DNA of 50,200 bases from Terriglobia bacterium (GCA_050745645.1 JBOGJZ010000221.1:1-50200); one strand, 5' to 3'; shown: positions 20,292-30,185, counted from the first letter of the stretch. A program made the numbers and translations. Notes: generated by a model not told the origin, from the letters alone.

Positions 20292-20310
20292 TTCGCCTTT
20301 TCTTCGCCTA
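20292..20310 (-). promoter_or_regulatory. Putative SOS/LexA-type direct-repeat operator TAGGCGAAGAAAAGGCGAA overlapping an extended -10 (TGcTAGGAT)
   Basis: GCGAA repeated with an 11-bp period; 17/19 identical to the box at 50016-50034; both precede DNA-repair-type genes. Confidence 0.65.
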
Positions 20311-20373
20311 TCCTAGCACGCCCCCCCACACGATGCCATAAATAAATTTTTAGGATAAGCGCAGGCTGGCATG

Positions 20374-21024
20374 TCACTTCAGATGCACAAGCCCGACGTC
20401 GCCAAGGCCGCTCAGCATGAATTGCACGGCTACCGCTACGAGTAACAGTCCCATGAATCGCATCATGATGCGGATGCCCGTCTCGCCGAGATACCGGCGC
20501 ACTCGATCAGCGCCCGCAAGCACCCAATACGAAAAGACGGCGGTAAGCGCGATGGAAACGAAAACCGGAATCGACTGCCACCAGCGGCCCGACTCTGCCA
20601 TGAGCACCATCACCGTGGAGATAGATCCCGGGCCGGCGAGCATGGGTATGCCGAGCGGAATCACGCCCACGTCCTCTTTTTCGGCAGCTTCCTGTGACTC
20701 TCCCGGCGCCTCGTTGGTGGCGGAGCGCCTCGCCTGCAGCATATCGATCCCGATCAGCAATAGAATGATGCCACCCGCAATCTTGAATGCCGGGAGTGTA
20801 ATGCTAAAGACCCTGAAAATCAGGCTGCCAGCCAGCGCAAAGCAGACCAGGGTCAGAAAGCAAGTCCACGAGGCCCGGCGCGCCATCCGGCGCCGCGCCA
20901 GATGGCCTTCACCAGCGGTCATAGTGAGAAATGCAGGAATCACAGCAAACGGGTCCACCAGAAAGAAGATGGAAGTAAAGGCGATGATGAAGAACTTGAT
21001 GAGCGATGCAAGCGCGGTGGTCAT
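20374..21024 (-). CDS. MarC family integral membrane protein
   Basis: FFLVDPFAVIP, FKIAGGIILL, PLGIPMLAGPGSISTV, RFMGLLLVAVAVQF. Confidence 0.93.
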   Translation of the reverse strand: MTTALASLIKFFIIAFTSIFFLVDPFAVIPAFLTMTAGEGHLARRRMARRASWTCFLTLVCFALAGSLIFRVFSITLPAFKIAGGIILLLIGIDMLQARRSATNEAPGESQEAAEKEDVGVIPLGIPMLAGPGSISTVMVLMAESGRWWQSIPVFVSIALTAVFSYWVLAGADRVRRYLGETGIRIMMRFMGLLLVAVAVQFMLSGLGDVGLVHLK

Positions 21025-21101
21025 AGGAGACCATATACGAAGTCAGCTTCCACATTATATCCGAGGTTGGCGGCAGATAACTTCCAGGTCGCTCGGCGAA
21101 T

Positions 21102-21180
21102 GTAGCGGCAGCGTCTCGCTGGCTTCTGGAAGAGACCGGCAGAGCCTGCCCTGAGCAAAGCGAAGGGATGCGCACGCTAC
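21102..21180. repeat. GTAG-type REP-like element with a nested GAGCCTGCCCTGAGC..GCGAAGGG module
   Basis: GTAGCG ... CGCTAC ends; the inner module is the reverse complement of the one at about 44823. Confidence 0.6.
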
Positions 21181-21196
21181 GGGATATTTTCGGCGC

Positions 21197-22183
21197 TCAG
21201 GCCCTTGCCCCATCACGAGACGAGTGCCAGCGCCACGCGGTCCGCACGATCTCTTCAATACTAGAATGACCAGGCTCCCAACTCAGCGTCTGCCGAGCTC
21301 GCGAAGCATCAGCGACAAGTTCCGGAGGGTCGCCCGCGCGGCGCGGCGCATTCCGGCAAGGAGGGTTTACGCTCCCCGCAGCCGCCACCGCAGCGATCAC
21401 CTCGCGCACGGAGTGGCCTCGCCCTGTGCCTAAATTCAGGGAGCAGCTTTTCCCGCCATCCAGCAAATACGTTAGGGCGCGTACATGAGCGCCGGCGAGG
21501 TCGCTGACGTGAATGTAGTCGCGAACAGCCGTGCCGTCAGGCGTTGGATAATCGGTCCCGTAGACTCCCACCGGCGGCCGCAGGCCAAGCGCCGCGGCAA
21601 TCACGAGCGGGATCAAGTGAGATTCCGGGCGGTGCTCCTCGCCCAGCTCGCCGTCTGGATCGGCGCCGCAGGCGTTGAAATAGCGCAGGGCCATCCACTG
21701 GAAGCCATAGGCTGTTCCGTAACTCTCCAAGACACGCTCAATGAACAGCTTGGTCTCGCCGTAAGGATTCACCGGACGCAAAGGGTGCTCTTCAGGAATG
21801 GGCGTCACTTCAGGATCGCCGTACACGGCGGCGGAGGAGGAAAAGACGACGTGCCGGACCCCGGCTTCCCGCATCCCATCAAGCAGCGCGAGCGTATTAA
21901 CACAATTGCTCCAGTAGTATTTCCGCGGATCCTTCACCGACTCCCCCACCTGAATCTCGGCGGCAAAATGGATCACCGCCTGGGGTTTGTACCGGGAGAA
22001 TACATTGCGCACAAATTCCGGATCGGCCAGATTCCCTTCGGCCACGCTCCCCCACTTCACGGCCCAGCGATGGCCGGAATGAAAGTCATCCAGAATGATG
22101 GGTTCAAAGTTCTGGCTCGCCAAAGCCTTGGCGGTGTGGCTGCCAATGTAGCCCGCTCCCCCCGTCACCAGGACACGCGTCAT
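21197..22183 (-). CDS. galE: UDP-glucose 4-epimerase
   Basis: VTGGAGYIGSH, FSSSAAVYG, YGETK (YxxxK), LRYFNACGAD, DGTAVRDYIHV. Confidence 0.95.
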   Translation of the reverse strand: MTRVLVTGGAGYIGSHTAKALASQNFEPIILDDFHSGHRWAVKWGSVAEGNLADPEFVRNVFSRYKPQAVIHFAAEIQVGESVKDPRKYYWSNCVNTLALLDGMREAGVRHVVFSSSAAVYGDPEVTPIPEEHPLRPVNPYGETKLFIERVLESYGTAYGFQWMALRYFNACGADPDGELGEEHRPESHLIPLVIAAALGLRPPVGVYGTDYPTPDGTAVRDYIHVSDLAGAHVRALTYLLDGGKSCSLNLGTGRGHSVREVIAAVAAAGSVNPPCRNAPRRAGDPPELVADASRARQTLSWEPGHSSIEEIVRTAWRWHSSRDGARA

Positions 22184-22225
22184 GAATCCTGTTCCTCCTA
22201 ACGGCAGTAGGAGCGAGGCGGCGCC

Positions 22226-23134
22226 TCACCCCTGCTCGCTCTCTTCATCCAGAAGCCGTTTGCAAATTCCCTCGTAGGCATCGACCCGGCGGTCTCGCAA
22301 GAAAGGCCAGTTGCGGCGCACGTCCTCAAGGCGGCCTCGGTCCATGTCCGCGATTAGGACCTCTTCCTGATCAGCAGATGCCTGGGCTATGACCACGCCG
22401 AACGGGTCGGCAATAAAGGATGATCCCCAGAACTCGATGCCAGCGCCTGAATCGCCCAGCGTTTCCACTCCAACACGGTTGGCGACGGCTACATAGACTC
22501 CGCTGGCGATGGCGTGGGCTCGCTGGATGGTGCGCCACGCGTCGAGCTGAGCCGCGCCGTGCTTCTGCTTCTCATGGGGATGCCAACCTATCGCGGTAGG
22601 ATAAAAAATGGCCTCCGCGCCTCGTAGCGCCGCCAGGCGCGCCGCTTCCGGGTACCATTGATCCCAGCAGATCAGCGGGGCGATGCGTCCGGCGCCGGTA
22701 TCAAACGCCCGGAAACCCAAATCACCGGGTGTGAAATAGAACTTTTCGTAATAGGCGGGATCATCCGGGACATGCATCTTGCGGTAGAGACCCGCCAATC
22801 GTCCGCTGGCATCCAACACGGCGGCGCTGTTATGGTACACACCCGCCGACCTGCGCTCGAAAACCGGAGCGATGATGACCACGCCACATTCCTGCGCTAC
22901 TTGAGAGAGCGTCTCAGTAGTAGGGCCGGGAACCGGTTCAGCGAGGTCGAAAAGAGCGGCGTCCTCGCGCTGGCAGAAGTATTGAGTGCGGAATAATTCC
23001 GGCAGGCAAACAGCGGCAGCGCCGCGTTCAGCCGCTTCGCGAATGGCAGCGACTGCACGATGGAGATTTATTTCCGGCTCCGGCGCGCACTTCATCTGGA
23101 TGACTGCCAGCTTGATTTTGTCACGATTCGCCAT
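22226..23134 (-). CDS. Carbon-nitrogen hydrolase (N-carbamoylputrescine amidase-like)
   Basis: E-K-C triad in LPELF, YRKMHVPDDPAYYEKFYF and ICWDQWYPE; YPTAIGW; WPFLRDRR. Confidence 0.85.
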   Translation of the reverse strand: MANRDKIKLAVIQMKCAPEPEINLHRAVAAIREAAERGAAAVCLPELFRTQYFCQREDAALFDLAEPVPGPTTETLSQVAQECGVVIIAPVFERRSAGVYHNSAAVLDASGRLAGLYRKMHVPDDPAYYEKFYFTPGDLGFRAFDTGAGRIAPLICWDQWYPEAARLAALRGAEAIFYPTAIGWHPHEKQKHGAAQLDAWRTIQRAHAIASGVYVAVANRVGVETLGDSGAGIEFWGSSFIADPFGVVIAQASADQEEVLIADMDRGRLEDVRRNWPFLRDRRVDAYEGICKRLLDEESEQG

Positions 23135-23245
23135 CCTCGGAATCGTACACAAAACCGCAGATTCTTCCAAGGGCAGGCGATTGCAAACTTTTTATCCTGC
23201 ATTGACGAATATTGCGGAGCGAGAGAATGATTGGACGGCTGGTCC

Positions 23246-23347
23246 GCAGGGTAGCGCGGATTTGGATCTTAAATTCGCGGCTCTTGAGCCAAATCAACCC
23301 GGCAAACCGCGAAGTTTCTCAAATTCGGGAACTCCGCGCTACCCTGC
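23246..23347. repeat. GTAG-type REP-like inverted repeat
   Basis: GCAGGGTAGCGCGGA ... TCCGCGCTACCCTGC, perfect 15-bp terminal IR with inner hairpins. Confidence 0.8.
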
Positions 23348-23710
23348 CACCCAAAGATTGAGAGCCTACTGGATAGATTGTGCCCTTATTTACGCCAAAA
23401 TGCCGGTAAAAACAATTTCACTGCGGCTTGTATCTTGTTCTTGGCAGCAGTCAGCGACCAGGACCGTCCATCTATACCGGCCACGGCGTTGATTGTCCAC
23501 TCGGGGCAGTCAATCAGTCGCAAGAGCGCGGCGGGCGCGATGCGGGTGGTGGTGTACAATGCGCGTGGTTAAGGTCGTAATAGGGCTGCTAGCGAGGCAT
23601 GGGGCAGGTTGCATTCGTGAATAGCACACATGGTGAATTACGCTATGTGTGATCCGCCACTCTGCGTGGGTCTGCGTTTTCCAGTGCCTTGGTGGAGAAA
23701 GTGGCATTCT

Positions 23711-24301
23711 ATGGAAGCTGTTCTAGATGTTTTCCGTCAGTGGCAGCCTGTAGTTAACGTTGCCACGCTCATCGCCTTGATCATCTATGTCTGGAAGACA
23801 TGGTCTATGGCCAATGAAATGAAATTATCACGAGAAGAGCAATCGAAGCCGAGTGTGCTGTGCTATTTCGAGCACAACAAGACGGTCAAGACAACTTATG
23901 ATTTCATTATCAAGAACTTTGGCAAATCGATGGCTTCCGATGTAAAGCTGGTTTTTTCACCTGAACTTCGAGGGCGTTTTACTCAAATTCCGCTAACGGG
24001 AAAGACATTCAGAGCTATGGCACCTGGCTATGAATGGCGCACGCTCTGGGATTCGTTTCTTAGTAATGATCCTCCAGCACCGGATGAGTTTATTGCGAAA
24101 GTAAGTTATCGATGGGGGCCGCACAAGAAGTTTGAAGAGTATGATGTGTCCTTCGATATCAAGTCTCTTGTGGGCACGAGGCGGCTCGGCGGGACCTCGA
24201 TTGAAGACTCGGTTGAAGCGATTGCCAAGAGTTTGAAAGAAATACAGAATGCAATAGAAACAGGCAAAAAACTAAGCGGCACCGCAACGCCTGACGGCTA
24301 G
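23711..24301 (+). CDS. Hypothetical protein with an N-terminal TM helix (low GC, probably acquired)
   Basis: VVNVATLIALIIYVWKTW anchor, then SKPSVLCYF...IIKNFGKSMASDVKL; AT-richer than its neighbours. Confidence 0.65.
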   Translation: MEAVLDVFRQWQPVVNVATLIALIIYVWKTWSMANEMKLSREEQSKPSVLCYFEHNKTVKTTYDFIIKNFGKSMASDVKLVFSPELRGRFTQIPLTGKTFRAMAPGYEWRTLWDSFLSNDPPAPDEFIAKVSYRWGPHKKFEEYDVSFDIKSLVGTRRLGGTSIEDSVEAIAKSLKEIQNAIETGKKLSGTATPDG

Positions 24302-24489
24302 CCCGCTCTATTCATGAATTTTGTGGTCTAATTGCGGCGGAGCCAGATTCCATGCGGTCTTAAAGGCAATCCCGGGCCCCGCACAAAAACGGGCCTGATT
24401 TTCTTGACTTCGCCAGGAGGGGCCGCTAAATTGGGGCTTGGTTTGCTGGCGGGCCCTTCGCACGATCATTCGCGCTCACACGAGGCTAC

Positions 24490-25257
24490 TTGGCCGATAG
24501 CTATCTCAAACGCAAGATTTTAGCGCTTCAGGAATTCACCTACCTAACCGGTCAGGCGTTCGCTAATGCATTCAGCTCGCCGCGCTATTACGAAGACGCG
24601 GTGCTGCAGATGGACGTAATCGGCGTCGGATCGCTGACCATCGTCTTGCTCACTGGATTCTTCACCGGAGTCGTGCTGGCGCTTCAGACGTATCGGACTC
24701 TGCAGACCTTCGGCGAGGTCGCCCTGATGGGCGAAGCCGTGGCGATCTCGGTGGTACGGGAGCTCGGACCCGTGCTGACGGCCCTGGTGATGGCGGGGCG
24801 AAACAGCGCCGGCATCGCTTCCGAAATTGGATCAATGCTGGTCAGCGAACAGATTGACGCTCTGCGAGCGCTGGGAACCGACCCGCTCCGCAAACTGGTA
24901 TCGCCGCGGCTTTACGCAACGCTCGTGACCCTGCCTTTGCTTACTGTGCTCGCCGATTTTGCCGCTCTTTTCGGCGGGTATTTGGTGAGCATTTCCATCG
25001 CCAAGCTAACCGGACCCGAATATTGGCACACCGCCTACCAATCGTTGACCTTTCGCGATGTCACCCAGGGCTTGGCAAAGCCCCTTATTTTTGCGGTGGT
25101 CATTTCGCTGGTGGGCTGCTACTGCGGCCTTAAGACCGAGGGCGGCACGGAAGGCGTAGGGCGGTCTACAACGCAGGCCGTCGTGGTGGCTTCGGTGCTG
25201 ATCATTATGCTGGATGCCATCATTACTCGCTTTCTGATCAGCATTCACTTCGCGTAA
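24490..25257 (+). CDS. mlaE: MlaE family ABC transporter permease
   Basis: IGVGSL, VRELGPVLTALVMAGR, EIGSM..SEQIDALRALG, GGTEGVGRSTTQAVV; TTG start. Confidence 0.9.
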   Translation: MADSYLKRKILALQEFTYLTGQAFANAFSSPRYYEDAVLQMDVIGVGSLTIVLLTGFFTGVVLALQTYRTLQTFGEVALMGEAVAISVVRELGPVLTALVMAGRNSAGIASEIGSMLVSEQIDALRALGTDPLRKLVSPRLYATLVTLPLLTVLADFAALFGGYLVSISIAKLTGPEYWHTAYQSLTFRDVTQGLAKPLIFAVVISLVGCYCGLKTEGGTEGVGRSTTQAVVVASVLIIMLDAIITRFLISIHFA

Positions 25258-25284
25258 CATCCCACGGGAAGTTTCAGTGGTCTG

Positions 25285-26052
25285 CTAGAACTGCCCCAGC
25301 TTCCACTCGATCTGCGCCAACACGCCCCCCAATATCTTTGCGTCACGGCTGGAGAGACCACGGTCGAGGAGCGCTCGCCGCAATTTGATGAGCGTAGTGC
25401 GGCGGCTTTTGGGCTTTAGATAGCCCACCTGATCGAGAACCCGGGCAGTGCGATCGAACAGATGTTCAAGTGATTCGGTGGGAGCCGGCGAAAAGAGATG
25501 CTGTCTCAGCAAGAACGGCGCAGCCTCGCTTTCAGACGAACCCTCGCGTTTTATGCAAGTACGCACCGAACGCGCTAGCTCAAAACAGCAAACCGCTACC
25601 GCCTGTCCCAGGTTCATGGATGGGCACCGTGCAACAGTGGGGATGCGGATCAGCGCATGACAATAACTCATGTCCTGGTTCGAAAGGCCTGTCTTTTCCG
25701 ATCCAAAAAGAAGCGCCGCCCGGCTAACTAGCCCCCGCCCTGCGAGCCGGGCGGAAACAAGATCCAAGCTAATGAGTTCGCGGTCCAGGTTGCGCCGCTG
25801 TCCTGAGGTAGTGCCGATCACGAGCTCGACGCCCGTCAGCGCCCCGGTCAGGCTTTCGACGGCGCGAGCTGAACGAACCAATGCCTCCGCGCCAACGGCG
25901 GATCGAGCCTCCTGCCAGACCGGATCATAGGGCTCGACAACAACCAAATCTCTGAAACCGAAGTTGGCCATCGCGCGCGCCGCTGCGCCGATGTTCAATG
26001 GATTGCGCGGCCGCACCAAAACGATGCGCCAGCCAAGGGGATTGGAATTCAT
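25285..26052 (-). CDS. SPOUT RNA methyltransferase (TrmJ/LasT family)
   Basis: IVLVRPRNPLNIGAAARAMANFG, LLFGSEKTGL, PSMNLGQAVAV. Confidence 0.9.
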   Translation of the reverse strand: MNSNPLGWRIVLVRPRNPLNIGAAARAMANFGFRDLVVVEPYDPVWQEARSAVGAEALVRSARAVESLTGALTGVELVIGTTSGQRRNLDRELISLDLVSARLAGRGLVSRAALLFGSEKTGLSNQDMSYCHALIRIPTVARCPSMNLGQAVAVCCFELARSVRTCIKREGSSESEAAPFLLRQHLFSPAPTESLEHLFDRTARVLDQVGYLKPKSRRTTLIKLRRALLDRGLSSRDAKILGGVLAQIEWKLGQF

Positions 26053-26407
26053 CAGGCGCTCACATGTACTGCATAGTTAACAACTTCGCGCTTCCTCAAA
26101 GCAACACGCCAGTGCGCTTGCACCGGGACGCATGAGCTATAATGATTGCTCGGCTAGGGCAGAGTCAATTGACAGCGGGCGCTCCGGCAGGCAATATAGC
26201 TGGCGAGGAGTTAGCCCCTGGGATGAAATCGGCCAAGCTTCATCGAGAATCGAAATCGTGTTTAGTTTTAAGGGCGCTGGAAAACCAGTTGCCAGCCACC
26301 GCGGAAGACCAGCAGGTAAAACGACCCGGCGGCTAGAGGAGGCGCGATCTGTAAAGCGGATTCCTGAACCAGACGAGAGAAGCTAAAGCCAAAAAGGGAG
26401 AAAAAGA

Positions 26408-28000
26408 ATGGCCACTACAATTTCAAAATCCGCGGGCGAGGCGAGCATTCGACCGAGTTCTCGAACGAAAGCTAACTTGGCGCCGGCGGTACTGGTGGAA
26501 GAGGCGCTTGCGCAGGGCAATGCCAAACTCACGTCGGTCGGCGCTCTAGCGGCTGACACCCGTCCTCGCACCGGCAGGTCAGTGAAAGACCGGTTCATCG
26601 TGCGTGACGCCACCACCAGCGGCAAGGTGGATTGGGGGACAATGAATCAGCCCATTGAGCCTGAGCGCGCAAACGAGCTTCACCACCGGGTGGAAGCATA
26701 CCTGAAGCAAAAGGACACTTACACCGTTGATTGTTATGCGGGCGCGGATTCTACCTGTGGTATTCGTGTTCGCGTGATCGCCGAATACGCGTGGCACGCC
26801 CTGTTCGCACACCAATTACTGCGCCGCGCCAACCCAGCGGAAGACTCTAACTTTGAACCCGACCTCGTGATCCAAGGAGCTCCCGGTTACAAGTGTGATC
26901 CGGCCCGGGATGGCGTGCATTCTGAGGTTGCCATCGTCCTCGATATCACCCGCCGGAAGATCACCATCGCCGGCACCGCATACGCGGGTGAAATCAAGAA
27001 GAGCGTGTTCAGCTATTTGAATTTCCTCTACCCCGGGCAGGATGTTTTGCCGATGCACTGCGGCGCGAATTTAGGCCGGGATGGAGACGTTGCTTTGTTC
27101 TTCGGCTTGTCAGGAACTGGAAAGACAACGTTATCCGCGGATCCGGATAGATTTCTCATCGGGGACGATGAGCACGGCTGGGGAAAGAATGGCGTCTTCA
27201 ACTTCGAGGGCGGCTGCTACGCAAAGTGCATCGGGCTTGAGCATGAGAAAGAGCCGCAGATCTATGAGGCGATCCGTTTCGGGTCAGTTCTCGAAAACGT
27301 TGCCATCGGCAAGTCAAGCCGCATAGCTGACTACTACGACGGCTCGATGACGCAGAACACTCGCGCGGCCTACCCACTGGAGTTCATTCACGATGCGAGT
27401 CCGAACAGCATGGGCGGACACGCAAAGACGATCCTTCTGTTAACGGCGGATGCGTTTGGCGTCCTTCCACCCATTGCGAAGCTCAGCGTTGAACAGGCGC
27501 TCTACTACTTCATCTCCGGGTACACGGCAAAACTAGCTGGAACCGAGGCTGGACTTTCCGACCAGCCAGAAGCGACCTTTAGCACTTGCTTCGCCGCGCC
27601 CTTTCTGCCGCTGCCTGCCGAGACCTATGCGGCAATGCTTCGGCAGCGTATCGAGCAGCACCATCCACGGTGCTTTCTGGTAAATACCGGATGGACCGGC
27701 GGGCCGCCCGGAACAGGGCGCCGGTTCCCATTACCGGAAACAAGGACGATGGTCCGCGCGATTCTCTCCGGTGCGCTGGATGATGCGCCGGTCGAAACCG
27801 ACAAGATATTTGGCCTTAATGTCCCAGTCCACGTGCCGGGAGTTTCGGATGGGTTATTGAAACCTCGGAGCGCCTGGGCAAATCCTACAGCATACGACGC
27901 AGCCGCCCGAAACCTGGCGATAAAGTTCCATGAGAACTTCCGCCGCTTTCGTAATGCCCCGGAAACAGTGCGGGCTGCTGGGCCAATCGACGGCCGGTAG
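26408..28000 (+). CDS. pckA: Phosphoenolpyruvate carboxykinase (ATP)
   Basis: YAGEIKKSVF, FFGLSGTGKTTLSAD, LIGDDEHGW, FNFEGGCYAK, TQNTRAAYP. Confidence 0.97.
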   Translation: MATTISKSAGEASIRPSSRTKANLAPAVLVEEALAQGNAKLTSVGALAADTRPRTGRSVKDRFIVRDATTSGKVDWGTMNQPIEPERANELHHRVEAYLKQKDTYTVDCYAGADSTCGIRVRVIAEYAWHALFAHQLLRRANPAEDSNFEPDLVIQGAPGYKCDPARDGVHSEVAIVLDITRRKITIAGTAYAGEIKKSVFSYLNFLYPGQDVLPMHCGANLGRDGDVALFFGLSGTGKTTLSADPDRFLIGDDEHGWGKNGVFNFEGGCYAKCIGLEHEKEPQIYEAIRFGSVLENVAIGKSSRIADYYDGSMTQNTRAAYPLEFIHDASPNSMGGHAKTILLLTADAFGVLPPIAKLSVEQALYYFISGYTAKLAGTEAGLSDQPEATFSTCFAAPFLPLPAETYAAMLRQRIEQHHPRCFLVNTGWTGGPPGTGRRFPLPETRTMVRAILSGALDDAPVETDKIFGLNVPVHVPGVSDGLLKPRSAWANPTAYDAAARNLAIKFHENFRRFRNAPETVRAAGPIDGR

Positions 28001-28045
28001 CGGCGCAGCAGAGAAGCCTTTCCGAATCTGTGTCCCCCTGCGGCT

Positions 28046-28118
28046 GTAGTGGCGATCTGCGATCGCCGGTTTTTATTTTTCGGTGACCTCGGCGTACGCC
28101 TGAGCAGACGCCGAACCA
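28046..28118. repeat. GTAG-type REP-like double hairpin
   Basis: GTAGTGGCGATCTGCGATCGCC followed by TCGGCG...CGCCGA. Confidence 0.5.
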
Positions 28119-28284
28119 GGGTTCCGCCAAAGCCGGGACACATTCGCCCTGCAAGCCCTTTCCTTGTAGCGCAGGGTCCGCCTTTAGACCCAGCGGCTGT
28201 TGGTTGAAAAACAAGAAAAAACCGCATCGTTAATAAGGCGAACGCTGTGCTGCAAGGGGTTCAACCGTGACTTTGACGGGACCC
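28119..28284. mobile_element. MITE-like element, copy 1
   Basis: Imperfect TIRs GGGTTCCGCCAAAGCC / GACTTTGACGGGACCC; internal sequence homologous to 44753-44933. Confidence 0.7.
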
Positions 28285-28347
28285 CTGCGACGCGATACGC
28301 GGGATTGCATAGCGCGGTGCGGTCATGCAGGATTAGGATGGAGGTTT

Positions 28348-28953
28348 ATGACCCGCCAACGAACCATCACATACATTTTGATCGTTGCAGGCGTCGTCAT
28401 TCTGGGCGGCGAGTACTTGCTGGTGCGGTGGTATCCGGGCCATAAGCAGCGCGTGGCCGAAGCTGCCCTCCAACTCCTGCCTTATCAGAACGACGGCCTC
28501 GGCGTTCAGATGAAGATCGCAGCGGGAATTTACGGCCAGGTTGAGGTTTATCCCGGCGGCATCAAAATCTATCGCCCGTCGATTTTCGAGAAAGGTCCTT
28601 CCATCGCGCTGACTTCACAAGCCAACACCACGGGGTTTTCGGAATTCTCTTCCCAAACGCTCGCCGAATGGGAGACGGCAGGAGTTCAAAACGAGCTTTC
28701 CGGCTACGAATTCGAACACTTAACCATCAACAAACGCGATGCGGTTATGATTTGGGAGTACCTACCCCAATCCCGGTCCATGCAAGTAACGGCGCGCATT
28801 ATGGCTCCGGATCGCATTCTCGAGGCGGTCTGCGATACAGGCAGCGCGAATCAGGCCATCTACACGCCGGCGTGCGATGAAAGCCTGAAGTCCATCGCCT
28901 TATCCGGTCCGCCATCCGTGCTGACTGCGCCATCCCTTACTTCCGTAAACTAG
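28348..28953 (+). CDS. Hypothetical membrane-anchored exported protein
   Basis: ATG after GGAGG; N-terminal TM ITYILIVAGVVILGGEYLLV; a Cys pair near the C-terminus; 11 nt upstream of argJ. Confidence 0.7.
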   Translation: MTRQRTITYILIVAGVVILGGEYLLVRWYPGHKQRVAEAALQLLPYQNDGLGVQMKIAAGIYGQVEVYPGGIKIYRPSIFEKGPSIALTSQANTTGFSEFSSQTLAEWETAGVQNELSGYEFEHLTINKRDAVMIWEYLPQSRSMQVTARIMAPDRILEAVCDTGSANQAIYTPACDESLKSIALSGPPSVLTAPSLTSVN

Positions 28954-28964
28954 CGCTTAGTCCA

Positions 28965-30185
28965 ATGCCAAATTGGAAAAACATCAAGGGTCACATTGGA
29001 ACCCCCCAAGGGTTTCGCGGGTCGGCATTGCACGCCGGAATTAAGAAGAAAAAAGGCGAGCTGGACTTGGCGTTGATTTATTGCGAGGCTGCGCAGGCGG
29101 CGGCCGCCGGCGTTTTTACGACGAACCGTGCGGCGGCAGCGCCAGTCGTGCTTTCGCGGCAAAACCTCAGATTCAGCCGTGGAAGAGCGCGCGCGGTGGT
29201 GGTGAACGCGGGCAATGCCAATGCTTGCACAGGGCGTGCGGGAATACAGGCGGCGGGGGTCGTCGCCGGCTCCGTAGCGGCGCTGCTCCGCGTCCCTCCA
29301 CGTGAGGTGCTGGTCGCCTCCACGGGAGTTATCGGCGTACCGCTTCAGCCGGGATTGATCACCCGGAAACTTCCCCTTCTCGCGGCGAGCCTTACCACCG
29401 CCAACTCTGAAGCGGTCGCGCGCGCGATTCTGACAACGGACACGTTTCCGAAGACGTGTGTTTTACGAACCGCGCTCGGCGGCAAAACCGTCACCCTCGC
29501 GGGAATCGCCAAAGGGGCGGGAATGATTCATCCCCGCATGGCGACCATGCTGTCGTTCATCACAACGGATATGGCTGTTGAGCCGGGGGATCTGCAGGAG
29601 ATGCTGAGCGCGGCGGTGAGCGGCTCTTTCAACCGGATCAGCGTCGATGGCGATACTTCCACCAACGATACGGTCATTCTGATGGCCAGCGGGCTCTCCG
29701 GTGTCCAAGCGCGGCCCGGCAGCCGCGCCGCCGCGCGCTTCCTGGGCGGTCTTACTGAGCTCTGCCAGACGTTGGCCAAGATGATTGTGCGGGATGGAGA
29801 AGGCGCCAAAAAACTAGTCACGCTTGAGGTGCGAGGAGCGCGCACGGATGGAGATGCGGACCGCATCGCGCGCGCCATCGCCAATTCACCACTCGTGAAA
29901 ACCGCTATCGCCGGCAGCGATCCCAACTGGGGACGCATCTTGTGCGCGGCAGGATATTCCGGAGCGAAGTTCGATCCGGGGCGGGTCAAAATCCAGGTGA
30001 ATGATCTCGTCTTGTGCCGCCATGGACAGGACGCAGGCTTCGACGAAGCTGCCGCCAAGAAAGAGTTCGACCGGCCCGATATTTGCATCCGGCTTGATCT
30101 AGGACAGGGAACCGGCTGCGCTCGAATGTGGACGTGCGACCTGACCCACGGCTACATCACGATAAACGCTTCTTATCGCACCTAG
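28965..30185 (+). CDS. argJ: Glutamate N-acetyltransferase / ornithine acetyltransferase
   Basis: NAGNANACTG, STGVIG, KGAGMIHPRMATML, DGDTSTND, DGEGA, DPNWGRI, INASYRT. Confidence 0.96.
   Translation: MPNWKNIKGHIGTPQGFRGSALHAGIKKKKGELDLALIYCEAAQAAAAGVFTTNRAAAAPVVLSRQNLRFSRGRARAVVVNAGNANACTGRAGIQAAGVVAGSVAALLRVPPREVLVASTGVIGVPLQPGLITRKLPLLAASLTTANSEAVARAILTTDTFPKTCVLRTALGGKTVTLAGIAKGAGMIHPRMATMLSFITTDMAVEPGDLQEMLSAAVSGSFNRISVDGDTSTNDTVILMASGLSGVQARPGSRAAARFLGGLTELCQTLAKMIVRDGEGAKKLVTLEVRGARTDGDADRIARAIANSPLVKTAIAGSDPNWGRILCAAGYSGAKFDPGRVKIQVNDLVLCRHGQDAGFDEAAAKKEFDRPDICIRLDLGQGTGCARMWTCDLTHGYITINASYRT

Noticed and set aside
23400..24330. Integron cassette or prophage remnant
   Set aside because: No convincing attC (RYYYAAC...GTTRRRY) pair, integrase, tRNA target or phage genes.
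26053..26407. Riboswitch or leader peptide upstream of pckA
   Set aside because: Long intergenic region, but I could not match any riboswitch consensus, and the small ORFs lack an RBS or coding character; an Rfam search would settle it.
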